From an uncultured cyanobacterium (GTDB lineage Bacteria; Cyanobacteriota; Cyanobacteriia; Cyanobacteriales; Microcystaceae): a stretch of 27,928 nt of DNA. Shown piece after piece: positions 25,501 to 27,928 of this stretch. The number at the start of each line of letters is the position of its first letter. Position 1 is the stretch's first letter. The notes under the pieces were generated by a model. It did not search any database. It saw only the letters and a list, made by a program, of their open reading frames with translations, and was not told the DNA's origin. The stretch is taken from the NCBI GenBank assembly GCA_903869185.1, contig CAIPYC010000194.1, positions 1-27,928 of the forward strand, read 5' to 3'. The position numbers and the translations under genes are program-made.

Positions 25501-25584
25501 TTGTTTAACCTAACAAAAAAAAATAATCTAGTTGCCGATTTTCGCTAAAATTTCTTTACTGCTTTTTCCTAGTGAGTCTTACAA

Positions 25585-26916
25585 ATGTTCTCAACAGAAC
25601 GAATGATTCTGGTCTGTACTCTTTTTCTGAGCAAGTGTATTACAGCTCTAGTGAGAAGATTAAAATTGGGAGCCGCCAGTGTGATGCCTGGAAAGCTGGG
25701 ATTGATCCTCTATCCAGGTTTACTATCTCGTCTAGCCAGAGAGATCAACTGTCTGATTTTGATTGTCGGCACCAACGGCAAAACAACCACTTCCCTGTTG
25801 CTAACCCAGATGCTGGAAGATTCTGGTCACAGCGTTGTCCATAATTCCACCGGAGCAAACCTAATCAATGGTTTAGTCACAGCTTTGATCGAGAAAACTG
25901 ACTTTTGGGGTAACATTCACGCCGATTATACAATCTTGGAGGTAGATGAGAATATTTTGCCACTTCTGCTAAAAGATGTTAAACCTAGTATAATTGTTGC
26001 CCTTAATCTTTTTCGAGATCAATTGGATCGCTATGGTGAGATAGATATTATCAGCAGGCGATGGAAAAATGCAATCGAAAAGCTTCCAACAAATACGCTG
26101 GTGGTTCTAAACGCAGATGATCCCACGCTATCACATCTAGGGCAACAACTTTCCCAAAAGGCACTCTATTTTGGATTGGATGAACCTGAGCTATATTTAC
26201 CGGAGATTCCTCACGCTGTTGACTCCATCTATTGCCCTTGCTGCGGCTATTCCTTAGATTATCGGGGATTTTATCTTTCTCATCTGGGTGATTACAAATG
26301 CCCTTTTTGTGGCTTTGCTAAAGGAAATATCGAACTATCTTCAACGGAATGGCCTCAAGTATTAATAGGGGTCTACAATAAGTACAATACTTTGGCCGCA
26401 GCAACAGTTGCCCTATATTTGGGCGGAGATAGCCAACAAATCAAACAGACAATCTGTCAATTCAAGGCAGCTTTTGGTCGAGCTGAAGAAATCACGGTTG
26501 ATGGTAAAAAGATCTGTATTTTGCTTTCCAAAAACCCTGTCGGTCTCAATGAAACAATTCGTACAGTTGTCTCCATGCAACAGATTGGGATGGCTAATGT
26601 GACTTTGATGATTCTCAATGATCGTATCCCCGATGGAACTGATGTATCTTGGATTTGGGATGTTGATACGGAAATTTTAATGGCAATGCCCGGCACAACT
26701 ATTATTAGCGGAGATCGCCTTTATGATATGGGACTACGTTTAGCTTATAGCCAAGAGACCCCAGAAAATAGTTCACTTATTATTGAAGAAAATCTTGCTC
26801 AAGCTATTAATAAAGCATTGGAGTTGACTCCCACCAATGAAACTCTCTACATAATACCAACATACTCAGCCATGTTGGAAGTTCGACAGATCTTGACAGG
26901 TAAATCGATTAGATGA
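25585..26916 (+). CDS. murT: MurT-like Mur ligase family protein (lipid II isoglutaminyl synthase ligase subunit type, with a DUF1727-like C-terminus).
   Basis: 443 aa. P-loop VGTNGKTTT. NLFRDQLDRYGE motif. Cys4 zinc-ribbon insertion CPCCG...(18 aa)...CPFCG (about nt 26233-26310), characteristic of MurT. Confidence 0.8.
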   Translation: MFSTERMILVCTLFLSKCITALVRRLKLGAASVMPGKLGLILYPGLLSRLAREINCLILIVGTNGKTTTSLLLTQMLEDSGHSVVHNSTGANLINGLVTALIEKTDFWGNIHADYTILEVDENILPLLLKDVKPSIIVALNLFRDQLDRYGEIDIISRRWKNAIEKLPTNTLVVLNADDPTLSHLGQQLSQKALYFGLDEPELYLPEIPHAVDSIYCPCCGYSLDYRGFYLSHLGDYKCPFCGFAKGNIELSSTEWPQVLIGVYNKYNTLAAATVALYLGGDSQQIKQTICQFKAAFGRAEEITVDGKKICILLSKNPVGLNETIRTVVSMQQIGMANVTLMILNDRIPDGTDVSWIWDVDTEILMAMPGTTIISGDRLYDMGLRLAYSQETPENSSLIIEENLAQAINKALELTPTNETLYIIPTYSAMLEVRQILTGKSIR

Positions 26917-26970
26917 GACTGTATATGGCAGTTTATAATGGTCTGATTATGTTATTTTTGGAAAATTTTC

Positions 26971-27084
26971 ATGATTGAACCTTTAACCCTTGGAATTACC
27001 GTAGGACTAATTTTGGTCACCCTAGCTGGCCTGTTTTTTGCTGCCTATATGCAGTACAAACGTAGCGAAAATATATCAGAATAA
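26971..27084 (+). CDS. petG: Cytochrome b6-f complex subunit 5 (PetG).
   Basis: 37-aa ORF not in the supplied track: [37 protein letters not shown]. It closely matches the cyanobacterial PetG pattern M(I/V)EPLL.GIVLGLI.VTLAGLF.AAY.QYKR. Confidence 0.85.
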   Translation: MIEPLTLGITVGLILVTLAGLFFAAYMQYKRSENISE

Positions 27085-27106
27085 CCATCATTAATGTATT
27101 AATAAA

Positions 27107-27138
27107 GGTCAAGGATAGTTATTCACCTTGACTTTTTT
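27107..27138 (+). terminator. Candidate rho-independent terminator downstream of petG.
   Basis: GGTCAAGG (27107-27114) pairs with CCTTGAC (27126-27132) plus one G-U pair. The loop is 11 nt, and the stem is followed by TTTTTT (27133-27138). Confidence 0.5.
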
Positions 27139-27142
27139 GGCT

Positions 27143-27694
27143 ATGCAGCAGTCTAAACAATCTCTCCGTAAACAATTACTCTCTGATAGAGAGTCTATGT
27201 CTCGGCAAATACTTATTCAAAAAAACCAGAATCTTTGCAGTCGATTGTTAGGATCTGATTATTTAAGTAATGCCCAAACAGTTTTGGGCTATTTTTCTAC
27301 TCGTTTTGAACCGGATCTCTCCTGGATTTATAGCCTACAAAACCATCGCTGGGGTTTTCCCCGTATTAAGGATAAATCTCTGCAGTGGCACTTATGGAAT
27401 CCCGGAGATCAATTAGAATTAAACCGCTATGGTATTTGGGAGCCGTCTTCTTCTTTACCTATACTCACTAGAGATCAAGTGGATTTGATACTAGTTCCTT
27501 CAATCGCTTGCGATCTTCAAGGTTATCGTCTTGGTTATGGTGGTGGCTATTATGATCGCTTGCTTGATCAAGCTCCATGGTCTTCTATAAGCACCATTGG
27601 TATTACTTTTGCGCTAACAAAGCAGCTACCCACTGACAGTTGGGATCGTAAATTAAAATCAATATGCACAGACAAAGAATTGATTTATATCTAG
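27143..27694 (+). CDS. 5-formyltetrahydrofolate cyclo-ligase (MTHFS).
   Basis: Family motifs LILVPSIACDLQGYRLGYGGGYYDR. Start taken at the ATG at 27143 (MQQSKQSLRKQLL), because the track TTG start at 27128 lies inside the petG terminator stem. Confidence 0.85.
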   Translation: MQQSKQSLRKQLLSDRESMSRQILIQKNQNLCSRLLGSDYLSNAQTVLGYFSTRFEPDLSWIYSLQNHRWGFPRIKDKSLQWHLWNPGDQLELNRYGIWEPSSSLPILTRDQVDLILVPSIACDLQGYRLGYGGGYYDRLLDQAPWSSISTIGITFALTKQLPTDSWDRKLKSICTDKELIYI

Positions 27695-27928
27695 TGGTCT
27701 GTCAGTGAAAATACGACGAGCAATCAAGGTATAGTAGAAGTATAAAGTACTGTTCAATCTACTATGCCAGCCAAGCGCTATATTGTCTATCTAATGCCAG
27801 AAGAACGCCAAAGTTTAGAACAAATAACTAAAACAGGTAAAACGACTGCCTCTAAAATCAATCATGCACGGATTTTACTGAAAGCAGATATAAATCATTC
27901 AGATGGTGGTTATAAAGATCAAGATATC
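27692..27928 (+). mobile_element. Left end of an IS630-family insertion sequence (partial). The putative TA target and terminal inverted repeat start at the MTHFS stop codon.
   Basis: The TA at 27692-27693 is followed by GTGGTCTGTCAGTGAAAATACGACGAGC, a Tc1/IS630-style terminal sequence about 70 nt upstream of the transposase ATG. The right end is outside the window, so the IR cannot be confirmed. Confidence 0.4.
27764..27928 (+). CDS. IS630-family transposase, N-terminal HTH region (truncated by the window end).
   Basis: MPAKRYIVYLMPEERQSLEQITKTGKTTASKINHARILLKADINHSDGGYKDQDI matches the highly conserved N-terminus of cyanobacterial IS630/Tc1-mariner-type transposases (from memory). The frame is still open at 27928. 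Confidence 0.75.
   Translation, partial: MPAKRYIVYLMPEERQSLEQITKTGKTTASKINHARILLKADINHSDGGYKDQDI

Noticed and set aside
25572-25844. 90-aa ORF in another frame over the MurT-like 5' end.
   Set aside because: It overlaps a frame with clear Mur-ligase motifs (VGTNGKTTT), and it has no motifs of its own.
27128-27142. TTG start for the 5-formyl-THF cyclo-ligase gene given in the ORF track.
   Set aside because: It lies within the descending stem and T-run of the petG terminator hairpin. The ATG at 27143 is preferred.
1-27928. Search for CRISPR arrays, rRNA/tRNA genes, toxin-antitoxin pairs or known anti-phage defence operons.
   Set aside because: None was recognised by eye. There are no spaced direct repeats, no cloverleaf-capable segments in the intergenic gaps, and no characteristic defence-gene motifs. 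A computational scan (tRNAscan-SE, Infernal/Rfam, DefenseFinder/PADLOC) would be needed to confirm their absence.

Overview
This is an AT-rich chromosomal segment, almost certainly cyanobacterial, judging by petG, ccdA, a DICT-GAF histidine kinase and a ComB-family phosphatase. All calls come from reading the ORF translations and the DNA by eye. No database search was run. About 24 protein genes are supported.

Gene content in order:
- (1) 189-2387: a compact mobile-element-like module. It has an inverted-repeat operator or core site, an RHH plus integrase-arm-domain protein, a tyrosine recombinase, and a GIY-YIG nuclease-like protein that begins with a consensus beta-clamp-binding motif (QLSLF).
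- (2) 15563 down to 2860, a ~12.7 kb same-strand run: ComB-like phosphatase, a 47-aa membrane ORF, a GT2/O-acetyltransferase fusion, dnaN, then an MdtABC-like efflux operon. The operon order is unusual: MFP, RND, EntS-like MFS, RND. The MFP hairpin carries symmetric repeat expansions.
- (3) An orphan DICT-GAF sensor kinase, msrA and ccdA.
- (4) 25500 down to 19203, a five-gene envelope cluster: an HtrA/PDZ homolog whose catalytic Ser is replaced by Phe, a GH116 (GBA2-type) beta-glucosidase, an ABC ATPase, an ABC-2 permease and a NodB deacetylase.
- (5) A MurT-like ligase without an adjacent GatD, then petG and 5-formyl-THF cyclo-ligase.
- (6) The left end of an IS630-family element, truncated by the window edge.

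No rRNA, tRNA or CRISPR array and no known defence system were recognised. The best candidates for something undescribed are the recombinase/clamp-motif nuclease module and the pseudo-protease/GH116/ABC cluster. Both are hypotheses that need homology and structure searches.
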